Numbered from the stretch's first letter, positions 9,885 through 22,943 are shown. The stretch is 64,000 bases of DNA from Halorussus marinus (GCF_004765795.1 NZ_SBIV01000006.1:1-64000), one strand, 5' to 3'. Made by a program: numbers and translations. The notes: generated by a model not told the origin, from the letters alone.

Positions 9885-10178
9885 ATGCCCGAATCGTCCC
9901 TCCAACAGGAAAACGGCTCCGCCGTGAGTTCCCCTGCCGACGCTGGCGAAGCGACCGCAGGGCGTCACAAGCTCTCAGCGCTGTTCGAGCGGTACCACGA
10001 GCACGCGCTCACCACGCCGTTCGAGGTGCTCGGTTTCTGGGCGGCGGTCGCGCTCCCGTTTCTCTACCTGCCGCTCTTGCTCACCGGGCTCTCTACGGAC
10101 GCCGAACTGATCACGTTCCTCGGACTCCTCGCGCTCAACGTCGCGGCCCTCCTCGCCGGCCACGACCACAAGCGGTGA
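9885..10178 (+). CDS. Small two-TM membrane protein
   Basis: 97 aa with 'GFWAAVALPFLYLPLL...LLALNVAALLAGH'. Confidence 0.7.
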   Translation: MPESSLQQENGSAVSSPADAGEATAGRHKLSALFERYHEHALTTPFEVLGFWAAVALPFLYLPLLLTGLSTDAELITFLGLLALNVAALLAGHDHKR

Positions 10179-10258
10179 CGAGGCCGCCCGGGCCCCGTTT
10201 TCGTCGTCGACTCGCGGAGATAGACGCGTTTAACCGCCGGCCGGACGACGGTGTACGC

Positions 10259-11227
10259 ATGGGTCTGGACACGGTGTCGCTCGGGCGGACCGGCACGAAG
10301 GTCAGCGAACTCGCCTTTGGGACGTGGCGCTTCGGCCGCGAGAACGACGAGGACGACGTCGAGATCGGTAAAGAGCGCGCCCACGAACTCCTCGACGCCT
10401 ACGCCGCGGCGGGCGGCAACTTCATCGACACCGCCGACATGTACGGCGACGGCCGGAGCGAGGAGTACATCGGCGACTGGCTCGCCGACCGCGACCGCGA
10501 GGAGTTCGTGATCGCCTCGAAGATCTACTGGCCGACCCGCGAGGACCCGAACGGCTGGGGGCTCTCGCGCAAGCACCTCCGAAACAGCATCGAGGGGATC
10601 CTCGACCGGCTCGGCACCGACTACGTCGACCTGCTCTACGTCCACCGGTGGGACGACGACACGCCGGTCGAGGAGTTCATGCGGACCCTCGACGGCTTCG
10701 TTCGCGACGGCAAGGTCAACTACCTCGGCGCCTCGACGCTCGAACCAAACGCCTGGAAAGTCGCCAAGGCGAACGAGATCGCCGACCGGCGCGGCTACGA
10801 GCCGTTCAAACTCGCCCAACCCCGCTACAATCTCGCCAACCGCGAGATCGAGGGCAACTACCTCGAGATGTGTACGGACTACGACATCGGCGTGGTGCCC
10901 TGGAGCCCGCTGGCCGGCGGCTTCCTGACCGGCAAGTACGAGCGCGACGCCGAGCCGCCGGAGGGGACCCGGGGTGCGACCGACCAGCAGTTCCGTGAGT
11001 CGTATCTCACTCCGGAGAACTTCGACGCGCTGGAGGCGGCCGAAGCGATCGCCGACGCGGTCGACGCCACGCCCGCGCAGGTCAGTCTGGCGTGGCTCGT
11101 CCACCACGGGCGGGTCACCGCGCCCATCGTCGGCGCTCGCACGGTCGACCAGCTAGAGGAGAACCTCGCGGCCGCCGAGATCGACCTCACCGCCGACCAG
11201 TTCGACCGACTGGCGAACGCGAAGTGA
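10259..11227 (+). CDS. Aldo/keto reductase
   Basis: LGRTGTKVSELAFGT, FIDTADMYG, RLGTDYVDLLYVH, PWSPLAGGFLTGKY. Confidence 0.95.
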   Translation: MGLDTVSLGRTGTKVSELAFGTWRFGRENDEDDVEIGKERAHELLDAYAAAGGNFIDTADMYGDGRSEEYIGDWLADRDREEFVIASKIYWPTREDPNGWGLSRKHLRNSIEGILDRLGTDYVDLLYVHRWDDDTPVEEFMRTLDGFVRDGKVNYLGASTLEPNAWKVAKANEIADRRGYEPFKLAQPRYNLANREIEGNYLEMCTDYDIGVVPWSPLAGGFLTGKYERDAEPPEGTRGATDQQFRESYLTPENFDALEAAEAIADAVDATPAQVSLAWLVHHGRVTAPIVGARTVDQLEENLAAAEIDLTADQFDRLANAK

Positions 11228-11253
11228 GCGGCTCGGCCGACTCGTTTTCCCCG

Positions 11254-11448
11254 CTATCGGCTCACGACGTACGCCACCACCAGCACCGCGACGGCGAGCA
11301 CCGAGATCGCGGGATGGGAAAGCGTCTCGACGCTCAAGAAGTACAGTGCGGCGTTGGCGACCGCGACGCCCGCACCGGCGGCGAACAGCGCCTCGGTTCG
11401 GGCGTCGGCGCCGGTCGCCGGCGGGTCGCCGACCGTCCAGTCGTTCAT
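11254..11448 (-). CDS. Small membrane protein
   Basis: 64 aa, two hydrophobic segments. Confidence 0.5.
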   Translation of the reverse strand: MNDWTVGDPPATGADARTEALFAAGAGVAVANAALYFLSVETLSHPAISVLAVAVLVVAYVVSR

Positions 11449-11488
11449 CCCGGAGTGGTGGCGACGGCGCCATCATAGTCCTTCCGGA

Positions 11489-12415
11489 CTACCGTCGAGT
11501 GATCGCGGCCCGGATTCGGGGGAGTTCGCGGGCGAGCGCCCGGCGCTTCAGCAGGCAGAACCCCGCGAAGATGACGAGGAAGCCGACCGCCGTCGCGGGG
11601 GTGACCTGCTCGTCGAGGAACCACCACCCCGAGAGCGCGGCGAAGACGGGCGCGACGTACGACACCAGATTGATCTCGATCGGGCCGAGTCGGTCGAGGA
11701 GATCGAAGTACACCAGAAAGCCGAGCGCGCTCGCCGCGACCGAGAGGTACGCCATCGCGGCGATCGACTCGGGGGTCCACGCGACCGCCGACAGCGACTC
11801 GGTCGGCAGGGCGGCGCTGGCGGCGTGCATCAGCCCCGCGCCGAGGAGCATCGACCACGCCTCCATCGTCTCGATCGGGAGTTCGGCCTCGATCCGCCGG
11901 GTCAGCACGCTCCCGAGCGCGAACGCCAGAGCGGCCGCGAACACCAGCCCCTTCCCGACCACGTCGGCGGCGAGCAGGTTGTTGGGATCCGGTCGGCTTA
12001 GGACGACGACCCCGACCAGCCCGAGCGCGAGCCCCGCCGTCCCGGCGGCCGTCAGGCGTTCGCTCGGTAGCAGTAGCCGCGCGAAGCCCGTCGTCAACAC
12101 CGGGCTGAGGCTCACGATGACCGAGGCCGTTGCGCTCGTGGTGTGTTGCTCGCCCACGAAGAGGAAGGCGTGATAGCCCGCGATCAACAGCGCCCCGCCG
12201 ACCGCGACCAGCGACCACTCGCCGCGGGTCCGGGGCCGCCAGCGCTCGGTCGCGTACACCGCGTAGCCGAGCATGATGACTCCCGCGATGTCGTAGCGGA
12301 TCGCGGCGAACAACACCGGCGGAAAGTACTCGAGTCCGGCCTTGATGGCCATGAACGCCGACCCCCAGACGGCCGCCAACACGACGAACAGCGCGACGTT
12401 ACGGTATCTGCTCAC
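11489..12415 (-). CDS. EamA/DMT family transporter
   Basis: WGSAFMAIK, about 10 TM, duplicated EamA pattern. Confidence 0.92.
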   Translation of the reverse strand: MSRYRNVALFVVLAAVWGSAFMAIKAGLEYFPPVLFAAIRYDIAGVIMLGYAVYATERWRPRTRGEWSLVAVGGALLIAGYHAFLFVGEQHTTSATASVIVSLSPVLTTGFARLLLPSERLTAAGTAGLALGLVGVVVLSRPDPNNLLAADVVGKGLVFAAALAFALGSVLTRRIEAELPIETMEAWSMLLGAGLMHAASAALPTESLSAVAWTPESIAAMAYLSVAASALGFLVYFDLLDRLGPIEINLVSYVAPVFAALSGWWFLDEQVTPATAVGFLVIFAGFCLLKRRALARELPRIRAAITRR

Positions 12416-12472
12416 GCCGACACATCACGGGCCGGGTGGGGTCAACGTTTCGAAGCGCGCTCTGCTTGCCGG

Positions 12473-12964
12473 TTAGTCGGCGCGTCGTTCGTCCCGGATC
12501 GCTCGCAGTACGTCTTGGCGCGCGACGATGCCGACGAGTTCGCCCTCGCTGACGACCGGCAGTCGGTTGATGTCCCGGTCGTCGTCGGCGAGCAGGTCGA
12601 GGATCGCGTCGAGGTCGGCGTCCGGGTCGACGGTCACCACGTCGTCGGTCATGATCGTCCGGACGGGCTTGCCCGCGTGTTTCAGCAGGTCGAGTTCGGC
12701 GTCGAGTTCGTCCCACGAGAGGTCGATCGCGTATTCGATGGTCTCTAAGAACGGCGGGAGCCCGACCGGGATCCAGAGGGTGCGGTCGCTCGGCTGGAAC
12801 AGGTGGACGAGGTCGTGTTGGGTCACCATGCCGACGACCTCGCCGTCGTCCACGACCGGAAAGCCGTTGAAGTCGACTCGGGCGAGCCGGGTCAGGACCT
12901 CGCCGATCTCGTCGTCGGGACTGACCGTCTCCACGTCGGTCGTCATCAGATCGCGGGCGTTCAT
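12473..12964 (-). CDS. CBS domain pair protein
   Basis: ARDLMTTDVETVSPD...GFPVVD...RLPVV..GELVGIVARQD. Confidence 0.92.
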   Translation of the reverse strand: MNARDLMTTDVETVSPDDEIGEVLTRLARVDFNGFPVVDDGEVVGMVTQHDLVHLFQPSDRTLWIPVGLPPFLETIEYAIDLSWDELDAELDLLKHAGKPVRTIMTDDVVTVDPDADLDAILDLLADDDRDINRLPVVSEGELVGIVARQDVLRAIRDERRAD

Positions 12965-13056
12965 GTCGGTGCCGAGGGCCGCCCGGCCCGTATGCGTTCC
13001 GATGGCGGGCTCGGGCGGCGAGAGGAGTTACGGTCCGCGAGCCCGTCTCGGTTCCC

Positions 13057-13158
13057 ATGGCGGATCAGGACGGCTACGTCTGTGAGGCCTGTGGCGACGA
13101 GTTCGAGTCCGAACGGGCGCTCCGCGACCACGTCGACAGGGTGGGGCTGGTGAGCTGA
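13057..13158 (+). CDS. 33-aa zinc-finger-like micro-protein (not in the ORF track)
   Basis: Manual translation MADQDGYVCEACGDEFESERALRDHVDRVGLVS*. Confidence 0.65.
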   Translation: MADQDGYVCEACGDEFESERALRDHVDRVGLVS

Positions 13159-13175
13159 CCGGGAGCCGCCCGCGG

Positions 13176-13811
13176 TCAGTCGCTGGCTCGGCGGTCGGCT
13201 CTGGAGGGCGGCGGGATCTGGGCCTCGCTCGATCCGATGTCTTCGGGGAGCAGACACCGCTCGGAGCCCGCGTTGACGTGTGCGTACTCGCTCGGCGCGT
13301 TCGCGAGCGCGTGGGCGGGGTTCGTGTCGCTCCCGACCACGGCGGCCCGTAGCTCCTCGAACCCGCAGATGCGCGCACGGATCCCGCGCCAGTGGTTCCG
13401 GTCGGCGGTCGGGATCCGCAGCTCTCTTGGGGGCGATCGGTCGCTCCGGCGGGTCGCCAGCGACGCGCTGTTGACGTTCGCCGCGAGGTCGTCGTGGTCG
13501 ACCACGACGCCGACCCGGGCGTCGGCGGGCGCCCGCTCGGCCAGCACGTCGAGCCCGAGGTGGAGCGCCCGGTACTCGGCGGCGTTGTTGTCCGCGACGG
13601 TGTCGTCCGGGAGCGCGATCCGTTCGACCCGTCGGCCGTCGCGCGTCTCGATGATCGCGCCGAGCCCGCCGCCGCCGCTGTCGAGGTCGTAGGAGCCGTC
13701 GGTGGCGACGTAGAAGTCCCGGTGGTGGGTTCGGGGCGGGTGGGCGATGTGGGGCGTGGGCGATTCGTCGAACAGTGCCCGGAGGGGAGCAGACCGGCCG
13801 TGAACGGCCAT
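13176..13811 (-). CDS. Ribonuclease HI-like protein
   Basis: VATDGS...GLGAII...DNNAAEYRAL...VVVD...N-x-A-x-x-LA acidic motif spacing of the RNase H fold. Confidence 0.8.
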   Translation of the reverse strand: MAVHGRSAPLRALFDESPTPHIAHPPRTHHRDFYVATDGSYDLDSGGGGLGAIIETRDGRRVERIALPDDTVADNNAAEYRALHLGLDVLAERAPADARVGVVVDHDDLAANVNSASLATRRSDRSPPRELRIPTADRNHWRGIRARICGFEELRAAVVGSDTNPAHALANAPSEYAHVNAGSERCLLPEDIGSSEAQIPPPSRADRRASD

Positions 13812-14030
13812 ACGCTCGCTTCGGTGTCCGATCCCTTAAGTGTACGGCCGCGAGCCCCATCGCCGCGTCGAACGCCGCCGTCCGATGCGGACCCGTCCGC
13901 CCGCCGACACACGGTTTCGATCGTCCGTCTCCGGGCGAGTCGGGCGGTACCCTTATGTCGATCACCGTGGTCGTAATCGGACGGAACGGCGCCCGGCCGG
14001 ATCGGTTCCGGGCGCTCGGTCACCTCCACT

Positions 14031-14435
14031 ATGAGCCACGACCACTCCGGGGAGACGGACGTCTCGGCTCCCCACGCTCCGATGCAGGACGTACTGCCGA
14101 TGACCGGCGAGAGCGAGCGCCTCGACGCGGTGTTCCGGGCGCTCGCGGACCACCGCCGCCGATGGGTGTGTCACTACCTCGCCCGCCGGGACGGCCCCGC
14201 CTCGGTCGACGAGCTCGCCGAACTGCTCGCGGCCTCGACGACCGAGAAGCGCCGGGCGGTGCTCACCGCCGCCGAAATCGAGAAGACCCGAGCCGAGCTC
14301 CTCCAGATCCACCTCCCGAAGCTCTCGGAGGCCGGCGTCCTCGACCACGACACTGAGGCGAGTCGGGTCCGGTTCGCGGCAGACGACGACGTCGAGGACG
14401 TTCTGGGGGTCGCCTCGGAGACGGACTTCGAGTGA
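14031..14435 (+). CDS. Haloarchaeal winged-helix (ArsR-like) protein
   Basis: FRALADHRRR...L-x-x-x-HLPKL-x-x-AG. Confidence 0.75.
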   Translation: MSHDHSGETDVSAPHAPMQDVLPMTGESERLDAVFRALADHRRRWVCHYLARRDGPASVDELAELLAASTTEKRRAVLTAAEIEKTRAELLQIHLPKLSEAGVLDHDTEASRVRFAADDDVEDVLGVASETDFE

Positions 14436-14453
14436 ATCGCGGGCTCGCGAACG

Positions 14454-16712
<2,259 letters not shown>

Positions 16713-16801
16713 GGCGCGACAAATCGCGCCCGTCCCTAAAAAACTATGCGAACCCGTCGAAATTGATTTCGACGAACGACGAACTCACGGGGTCGACTCG
16801 C

Positions 16802-17905
16802 TCACTCCTCGACGACCAGCACGTCCGGGCGCGAGACCGCGGCGTCGACGCCCTCGGCCGACACCTCGGTCGTCGGCCACCGGCCGGTGTCGGTCAGCAC
16901 CTCGAAGCCGCCGTCGGCCACCACCACCGTGTCCTCGCTCTTCGCGCCCGCGACCGTGGGGTTCCACGCGTAGGCCATCGGCGCGGTCACCGCGTGGTCG
17001 GCGTCGGGCCTCGCGATCCACTCGCGGCCGGCGAACCCGGCCGCCCCGCCCTGATGGTGTCGCCGCCACTCCCCGGGGTGGCCCGCCCGGTCGTAGGCGT
17101 CCCGAATCGCGTCGAAGACGTCGCCGGCGGTCCCGCCCCGCTCGGCCGCGTCCCGGGTCGCGCCGAGCGCCGCGACCTCGACCGCCCGGGCGGCCTCGTG
17201 GCGGTCTCGCAGGTCCGCGAGCGCCCCGTCGGCCAGCGCCGACTCGAAGGCGACCGTCCGGGTCGCGCTCGCGTGCAACCCGCCGCGCTCGGCGGTCACC
17301 GACACCAGCGCGTACCCGCCGAGTTCGGCGTCGGTCGGGGTGTAGTGGCGGTAGGTACGGGCGCGCTCGGCGCCGCCGACCAGCGCGACCGGCGCCTCGA
17401 TGTCGCGGGCCGACAGCGCGACCCGGAGCGCGGAGGCGACCTCGGTCTCGGCGTCGCCGGGCCGGAGCTCGCGGCAGACCGCCTCCAGCGCGCTCGCGGT
17501 CTCGCGGCCGAGTTCGCGGTAGCGCGCGACGTCGTCGTCGGTCAGCGGCTGGCGAACCCGGCGGGGCTCGATCGACTCGAACCCCGGCACCTCGAAGTCG
17601 GCCGCGGCGGGCTCGGGCGCGCGGTCGGCCACCGCGGCCGCGAGCGACGTCTCGTGCCACGCGAACGACGACACCGAGACGCCCGCGTCGAGTTCCTCCT
17701 CGCGGAGCCGGTCGGCCTCGATGTTGCTGGTCACGACCTCGAGGCCGTCGCCGTCGTAGCCGACCGCGGCGACGCCGACTTCTGCCTCGCGGTCGACGAC
17801 GTTGCTCGCGCCGGTCAGCCACGCGAACGCGTTCGGCCGGCCGAACCACACCGATTCGAGGTCCCGGTCGTCGAGGGCGGCGTCGAGGCGCTCGTGTTTG
17901 GTCAT
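16802..17905 (-). CDS. M24 family (Xaa-Pro) metallopeptidase-like protein
   Basis: HHQGG..G...REW, AWNPTV.GAKSEDT. Confidence 0.85.
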   Translation of the reverse strand: MTKHERLDAALDDRDLESVWFGRPNAFAWLTGASNVVDREAEVGVAAVGYDGDGLEVVTSNIEADRLREEELDAGVSVSSFAWHETSLAAAVADRAPEPAAADFEVPGFESIEPRRVRQPLTDDDVARYRELGRETASALEAVCRELRPGDAETEVASALRVALSARDIEAPVALVGGAERARTYRHYTPTDAELGGYALVSVTAERGGLHASATRTVAFESALADGALADLRDRHEAARAVEVAALGATRDAAERGGTAGDVFDAIRDAYDRAGHPGEWRRHHQGGAAGFAGREWIARPDADHAVTAPMAYAWNPTVAGAKSEDTVVVADGGFEVLTDTGRWPTTEVSAEGVDAAVSRPDVLVVEE

Positions 17906-18080
17906 GCGTGGTCGGTCGCCGGCGACCGCCTTGAAGGGCGCGGCTTCGACGGCCGCGGGCGGCGTCCGCCTCCGAGCCGCGGTCGGACAACTCTAAGTGC
18001 GACCGGCCGAAACGTCCGATGAGGGGAGTTCAAACCGTGCAACTCAACACACGATTCGCGTCGACGGGAGGGCCGCGCTG

Positions 18081-18557
18081 ATGGTTCGATTCCGACACCT
18101 CGCGGCGGTCACCACCGGGCTGACGTTCTCGCTCATCCTGCTTGGGGTCTACACCGCCGCGATGGGCGCGGGACTGTCGTGCTCGGCCCAGTGGCCGCTC
18201 TGTGACGGCGGCGTGCTCCCGCAGACGTTCCCGAGCTTCGTCGAGTGGTTCCACCGCCTCGTCGCGATGATCACCGGCTTCTTCATCATCGCCACGACGG
18301 TCGGCGCGTGGAAGTACCACGCCGAGCGCCGGATCCGCGGGGCCGCGACCCTCGCGCTCGCGGTCACGCCGCTCCAGATGGTGCTGGGCGGGGCGACGGT
18401 CTTCGTCTACACCCCGGTCGTGCAGGTGGCCCACCACGCCGCCGCGCTCACCATCTTCGGGTCGCTTATGGCGACCACGCTGTGGTCCTACGAGAGCGAG
18501 CGCGCCCCCGAGAGCCGGTCGACCGACGCGGCCGCGGGCTATCCGAGCGACGACTGA
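18081..18557 (+). CDS. ctaA: Heme A synthase (COX15/CtaA family, short form)
   Basis: GLSC..QWPLCDG, EWFHR, Q..LGG.TV, conserved His. Confidence 0.85.
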   Translation: MVRFRHLAAVTTGLTFSLILLGVYTAAMGAGLSCSAQWPLCDGGVLPQTFPSFVEWFHRLVAMITGFFIIATTVGAWKYHAERRIRGAATLALAVTPLQMVLGGATVFVYTPVVQVAHHAAALTIFGSLMATTLWSYESERAPESRSTDAAAGYPSDD

Positions 18558-18648
18558 CCCTGATTTTAGCGGCTCTCCCGTCCGAATTTCGACCTTTCAG
18601 GCCAACGGTTATGTGTGACCGTACTGCACGTAGTACCGGGGGAAACAA

Positions 18649-19554
18649 ATGAACGTAAACAGACGGACGTTCGTTCGGGGGAGCGCAGGCATCGTCGGCG
18701 GACTCACGCTCGGGGGCGTGGCCGCCGGACAGGACGACGAGACGATCCGGATCGGCTCGGACATCCCGTACAATCCGTTCGAGTACCGCACCGAGGACGG
18801 GACGCTGGTGGGGTTCGACGTCGACGTAGCCGAGGCCGTCTTCGCCGAGCAGATGGACAGGGAGTACGAGTTCGTCCAGACCGGCTTCGACACGATCATC
18901 CCGAGTCTCAACAACGGGAACTTCCGGATCATCATGTCGGCGATGACGATCAACGAACAGCGCGCCGAGCAGGTCGACTTCTCGGACCCGTACTTCATCG
19001 CGTTTCAGACGGTGGCGGTGCTCGAAAGCGGGGACGTCCAGAGCCTCGAAGACCTCCGGGGCCGGACGGTCGCCGTCCAGAAGGGGACGACCGGAGAGGC
19101 GGCCGCCCAGGACCTCCAAGAGCAGTTCGACGGCGAACTCACGATCGACAGCTACGACCAGATCACCGGCGCGTTCAACGCCCTACGCAACGCCCAGGCG
19201 GTCGCGGTCATCAACGACAACGCGGTCAACCTCCAGTACGTCGACGAACGCGACTCCGTCGTGATGCTGGAGGGCGAGGGCCAGGCCGCCGAGGAGTTCG
19301 ACGACGCGCCGCCGTACCTCACGCTCACCGTCGAGCGCTACGGCATCGCGTTCAGGCAGGACGACGACGAGTTCCGCGAGCAGGTCAACGAGGCGCTCGC
19401 CGCGGTGATCGAGAGCGGCCGGTACGCCGAAATTTACCGCGAGTACTTCCCGGGCGACCCGCCGGCGGGCATCGTCGGCGACGCCGGGACGACGACGGCC
19501 GACGGCGAGACGACCGACGAGGCGCCGACCGAGACCACCGCCGACGGCGGGTAG
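18649..19554 (+). CDS. Polar amino-acid ABC transporter substrate-binding protein
   Basis: Tat motif NRRTFV; PYNPFEY, GFDVDV, VDFSDPYF, VQKGTTG. Confidence 0.93.
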   Translation: MNVNRRTFVRGSAGIVGGLTLGGVAAGQDDETIRIGSDIPYNPFEYRTEDGTLVGFDVDVAEAVFAEQMDREYEFVQTGFDTIIPSLNNGNFRIIMSAMTINEQRAEQVDFSDPYFIAFQTVAVLESGDVQSLEDLRGRTVAVQKGTTGEAAAQDLQEQFDGELTIDSYDQITGAFNALRNAQAVAVINDNAVNLQYVDERDSVVMLEGEGQAAEEFDDAPPYLTLTVERYGIAFRQDDDEFREQVNEALAAVIESGRYAEIYREYFPGDPPAGIVGDAGTTTADGETTDEAPTETTADGG

Positions 19555-19560
19555 CTCGCG

Positions 19561-20427
19561 ATGGGGGAGACGTACGCCGACGACGCGTCGGTCGAGGAGA
19601 CCGCCGGAGACGGCCTGCTGACCGACGAACGCGTCAGGATCGCGGGGCTCGCGGTCGCGGTCGTGTTCACCCTGGCCGTCGCGGGCTTCGTCGGGCTCGT
19701 GTTGGTCGACTACGTCGACTACGACCTGCTGGCCGCGGTCTTTCCGCGATTCGTGTTCGCGTTTCTCCGGGTGCTGATGGTCGTGGTCATCTCCAGCGTG
19801 CTCGCGGTCACGGCCGGGGTGTTCGTCGGCCTCGGTCGGGTCTCCCGGACGTCGCTGACCTACTCGATCGCCACCGCGTACGTCCAGTTCTTCCGGGGGA
19901 CGCCGCTCCTGTTCCAGCTTTTCATCATCTATCTGGGCATCCCGTCGCTGTGGCCGCCGGGCCAGTTCCCGATCAGCCAGAGCTGGACGGTCGTCCCGGG
20001 CGTCCTCTCGATCGACTGGAGTTTCATCACGGCGGTCGTCGCGCTCACGCTGAACCACGCCGCCTACGTCGGCGAGGCGGTCAAGGGCGGCATCAACGCC
20101 GTCCCGGAAGGCCAGATGGAGGCCGCCCGATCGCTCGGGATGTCGTACGTCGACTCGATGCGCGAGATCGTCCTGCCACAGGCGTGGCGCAACGCGCTTG
20201 CGGCCATCGGCAACGATCAGGTGATCCTGGTGAAAGACACCTCGCTTCTGACCGTCATCGCGTTCCCAGAGATACTCACCGTCTTCCGGGAGGTCAACTC
20301 GAACCAGTTCGACGCGTGGACGCCGATCGTGCTGGTCGCGGTGACGTACCTCGCCATCACGCTCCCGCTGATGTGGCTCGTCCAGTACCTCGAAGACCGC
20401 GCCGAATGGGGGGCCGACCGTGCGTGA
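19561..20427 (+). CDS. Polar amino-acid ABC transporter permease
   Basis: [25 protein letters not shown]. Confidence 0.95.
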   Translation: MGETYADDASVEETAGDGLLTDERVRIAGLAVAVVFTLAVAGFVGLVLVDYVDYDLLAAVFPRFVFAFLRVLMVVVISSVLAVTAGVFVGLGRVSRTSLTYSIATAYVQFFRGTPLLFQLFIIYLGIPSLWPPGQFPISQSWTVVPGVLSIDWSFITAVVALTLNHAAYVGEAVKGGINAVPEGQMEAARSLGMSYVDSMREIVLPQAWRNALAAIGNDQVILVKDTSLLTVIAFPEILTVFREVNSNQFDAWTPIVLVAVTYLAITLPLMWLVQYLEDRAEWGADRA

Positions 20428-21160
20428 CTCGGCCCCGGCGGTCGCCTTCGACGGCGTGAACAAGTACTTCGGCGAGACCCACGTCCTGAAAGACGTCGAC
20501 CTCGCGGTCGAGGACGGCGCGGTCGTCGTGATCGTCGGCCCGAGCGGCTCGGGCAAGTCGACGCTCCTGCGGTGCGTGAACCGGCTGGAGGAGGTCCAGT
20601 CGGGCGAGGTCCGGATTCAGGGGGAGTCGATCACCGACCCCGACGTGGACGTCAATCGGCTCCGCCAGCGGGTCGGGATGGTGTTCCAGCACTTCAACCT
20701 CTTCCCGCACAAGACCGCTCTGGAGAACGTCACGCTCGCGCCGATCCGCGTTCGCGGGCTCCCGGCCGAGCAAGCGATCCGGCGTGGCCGAGACCTGCTC
20801 GCGGAGGTCGGGCTGGCCGAGCAGGCCGACTCGTACCCCGCCGAGCTGTCGGGCGGCCAGCAACAGCGGGTCGCCATCGCCCGGGCGCTGGCGATGGACC
20901 CGAGCGTGATGCTGTTCGACGAGGTCACCTCCGCGCTCGACCCCGAGCTCGTCGGGGAAGTGCTCGAAGTGATGCGGGCGCTCGCCGACGAGGGGATGAC
21001 GATGCTGGTCGTGACCCACGAGATGGGGTTCGCCCGCGAGGTGGGCGACCGCGTCGTGTTGATGTCCGACGGCCGGATCGTGGAGTCGGCGCCGCCCCCG
21101 GAGTTCTTCGAGCGCCCCGAGACCGACCGGGCCCAGCGGTTCCTCTCGCGGGTTCGGTGA
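20420..21160 (+). CDS. Polar amino-acid ABC transporter ATP-binding protein
   Basis: [36 protein letters not shown]. Confidence 0.96.
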   Translation: MRDSAPAVAFDGVNKYFGETHVLKDVDLAVEDGAVVVIVGPSGSGKSTLLRCVNRLEEVQSGEVRIQGESITDPDVDVNRLRQRVGMVFQHFNLFPHKTALENVTLAPIRVRGLPAEQAIRRGRDLLAEVGLAEQADSYPAELSGGQQQRVAIARALAMDPSVMLFDEVTSALDPELVGEVLEVMRALADEGMTMLVVTHEMGFAREVGDRVVLMSDGRIVESAPPPEFFERPETDRAQRFLSRVR

Positions 21161-21228
21161 CGCCCGACGCTGTCAGCGCCGCCGTCGCGGGCGGGCTGTT
21201 CCGGAGTCGCGCTCGGGCAGAGGTTCGG

Positions 21229-21891
21229 TCAGGCCTCGCTGACCGTGCGTCGCTCGCCCGCCGGAAGCGTCGGCTCGTCGCGCCCGTCGTCGAGCGTCTC
21301 GTTGGCCACCTCGCGGCCGACCCGGTCGTCGAACCGATAGAGGTCGCGGGCCCGCGTCGAGAGGTTCCGAGCGCGTTCGAGGTCGACGTCGTAGGTGTCG
21401 CGCATCACTTCCGGGAGCGTCTCGGCGGCGCGGACGGTCCGATTGGCCCGGACCTCGACGCCGCGGGCCCGGATCACGAGCTCGGAGACCGACGACCGGT
21501 ACTCGCCCGCCGACAGCTCGTGTGCGTCCCGAGCCTCGGTCAGGTTGGCTCGGATCGCCTCGAGACGCTCGACGTACGCCTCGATGGTCCCGACCTCGTC
21601 GGCGAGGACCCGCGCGCGATCGGCGTCGCCGGTCGCGTTCGCCAACCGCTCGGAGAGGCTCCGGTTCCAGAGTTCGCCCTCGACGGTCGCGCCCTGCGCG
21701 CCGACCGCGCCGGCGAGATGCTGGCCCGGCGCGACGGTGGTGTTGTTCTCGCTGGTCGTCTCCTGGCCCGGCCACTCGGGGTCGGCCCACGGCTCGTCGC
21801 CGTCGGGCTCGGTCGGTCGGTCGGCGGCCGCGACCGGGGCGATCGACGCCATGACCATCACGCCCGCAATCGCGATTACCGCGGCTTTCAT
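21229..21891 (-). CDS. Secreted helical hypothetical protein
   Basis: Signal peptide MKAAVIAIAGVMVMASIAPVAAA, 'PGQHLAGAVGAQ' motif, coiled-coil-like body. Confidence 0.7.
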   Translation of the reverse strand: MKAAVIAIAGVMVMASIAPVAAADRPTEPDGDEPWADPEWPGQETTSENNTTVAPGQHLAGAVGAQGATVEGELWNRSLSERLANATGDADRARVLADEVGTIEAYVERLEAIRANLTEARDAHELSAGEYRSSVSELVIRARGVEVRANRTVRAAETLPEVMRDTYDVDLERARNLSTRARDLYRFDDRVGREVANETLDDGRDEPTLPAGERRTVSEA

Positions 21892-21971
21892 CGATCGTTT
21901 CCACGGCCCCAACCGCCAATAAGCCGCCGTTACTGAACCCGGATTAACCCGAATTAAGCGGCGTTCACCCC

Positions 21972-22943
21972 TCAAAGCTCCTCCTGCGGGAGCGCGAGGA
22001 CGTTCTCGCGGCCGAGCCGGAAGCTCTCTATTTTCCCCTGCTCGCGGAGGCTTCCAACCACCTGACTCGTCTTGGCCTCGGTCCACCCGAGCTCTTCGAC
22101 GATCGCCTTCTGTTTGACGCGCCCGCCGCGGCGTTCGAGCAGTCGCAACACCCGCTCTTCGTTGCTCAACAGTTCCTCGGGCATGTCGTCGTCGGGGTCG
22201 CCGACCTCCTCGCGGCGGTAGAGCCACCAGCCGCCGGCGACCGCGGCCCCGAGAACACCGAGCGCGCCGACCGCGGCGCCGACCGCCCGCCACGGCACCT
22301 GCGGGCCGGTCGCGGGCGGCGCGACCACGATCCGGGGCTCGTCGCGGCCGAAGGTCAGTTCGCCGATCCACACCGCGGTCCCGTTTCGCTCCTCGTCGGG
22401 CGGCGGTCGAATCGCCGTCGCCTCGTAGCTCTGGGGCCACGAGATCAGCAGTCGGGTCTTGTCGTCGAGCGGGAGCCCGCCGATCGCGTCGCCGATCCGG
22501 AGCCGGTCGCCCGCCGTATCGGCGAACTGGTGCCACTGGAACGAGTAGGTGACGACGCCGTACCGCTGGGGGAACTGGCGGATCTCGGCGTCGACGGTGT
22601 AGTTCTCGCCGGTCATGTTGCGACCGGTGGCGCGCTCGGCGCTCGCGATCGTGCTCGCCATCCGATCGGTGAACTGGTCGGTGTACTCTGTCGAGTTGTT
22701 CTCGACGTCGTCTCTGAGACTCTCGAACGCGGCGGCGGTCTCGCCGTCGTCGAGTCGCGTCCGGTAGGCGACCGCCCACGTCGCGGTCCCGTTCTCGTGG
22801 ACCTGCACGTCGAGGATGATGGTGTCGGCGGTGACGTCCGGCGTCGCGGTCTGGGACGCGGCGGCCGTCACGCCGGGTCCACCGACGGCGGCCGTCAGGC
22901 AGACGACGACCGCCAGCACCGCCCCGAACTGTCGAGCCCCCAT
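21972..22943 (-). CDS. Membrane-anchored protein with extracellular domain and C-terminal winged HTH
   Basis: Signal peptide, TM helix, then LLSNEERVLRLL...GRVKQKAIVEELGWTEAKTSQVV...LGRENVL. Confidence 0.8.
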   Translation of the reverse strand: MGARQFGAVLAVVVCLTAAVGGPGVTAAASQTATPDVTADTIILDVQVHENGTATWAVAYRTRLDDGETAAAFESLRDDVENNSTEYTDQFTDRMASTIASAERATGRNMTGENYTVDAEIRQFPQRYGVVTYSFQWHQFADTAGDRLRIGDAIGGLPLDDKTRLLISWPQSYEATAIRPPPDEERNGTAVWIGELTFGRDEPRIVVAPPATGPQVPWRAVGAAVGALGVLGAAVAGGWWLYRREEVGDPDDDMPEELLSNEERVLRLLERRGGRVKQKAIVEELGWTEAKTSQVVGSLREQGKIESFRLGRENVLALPQEEL

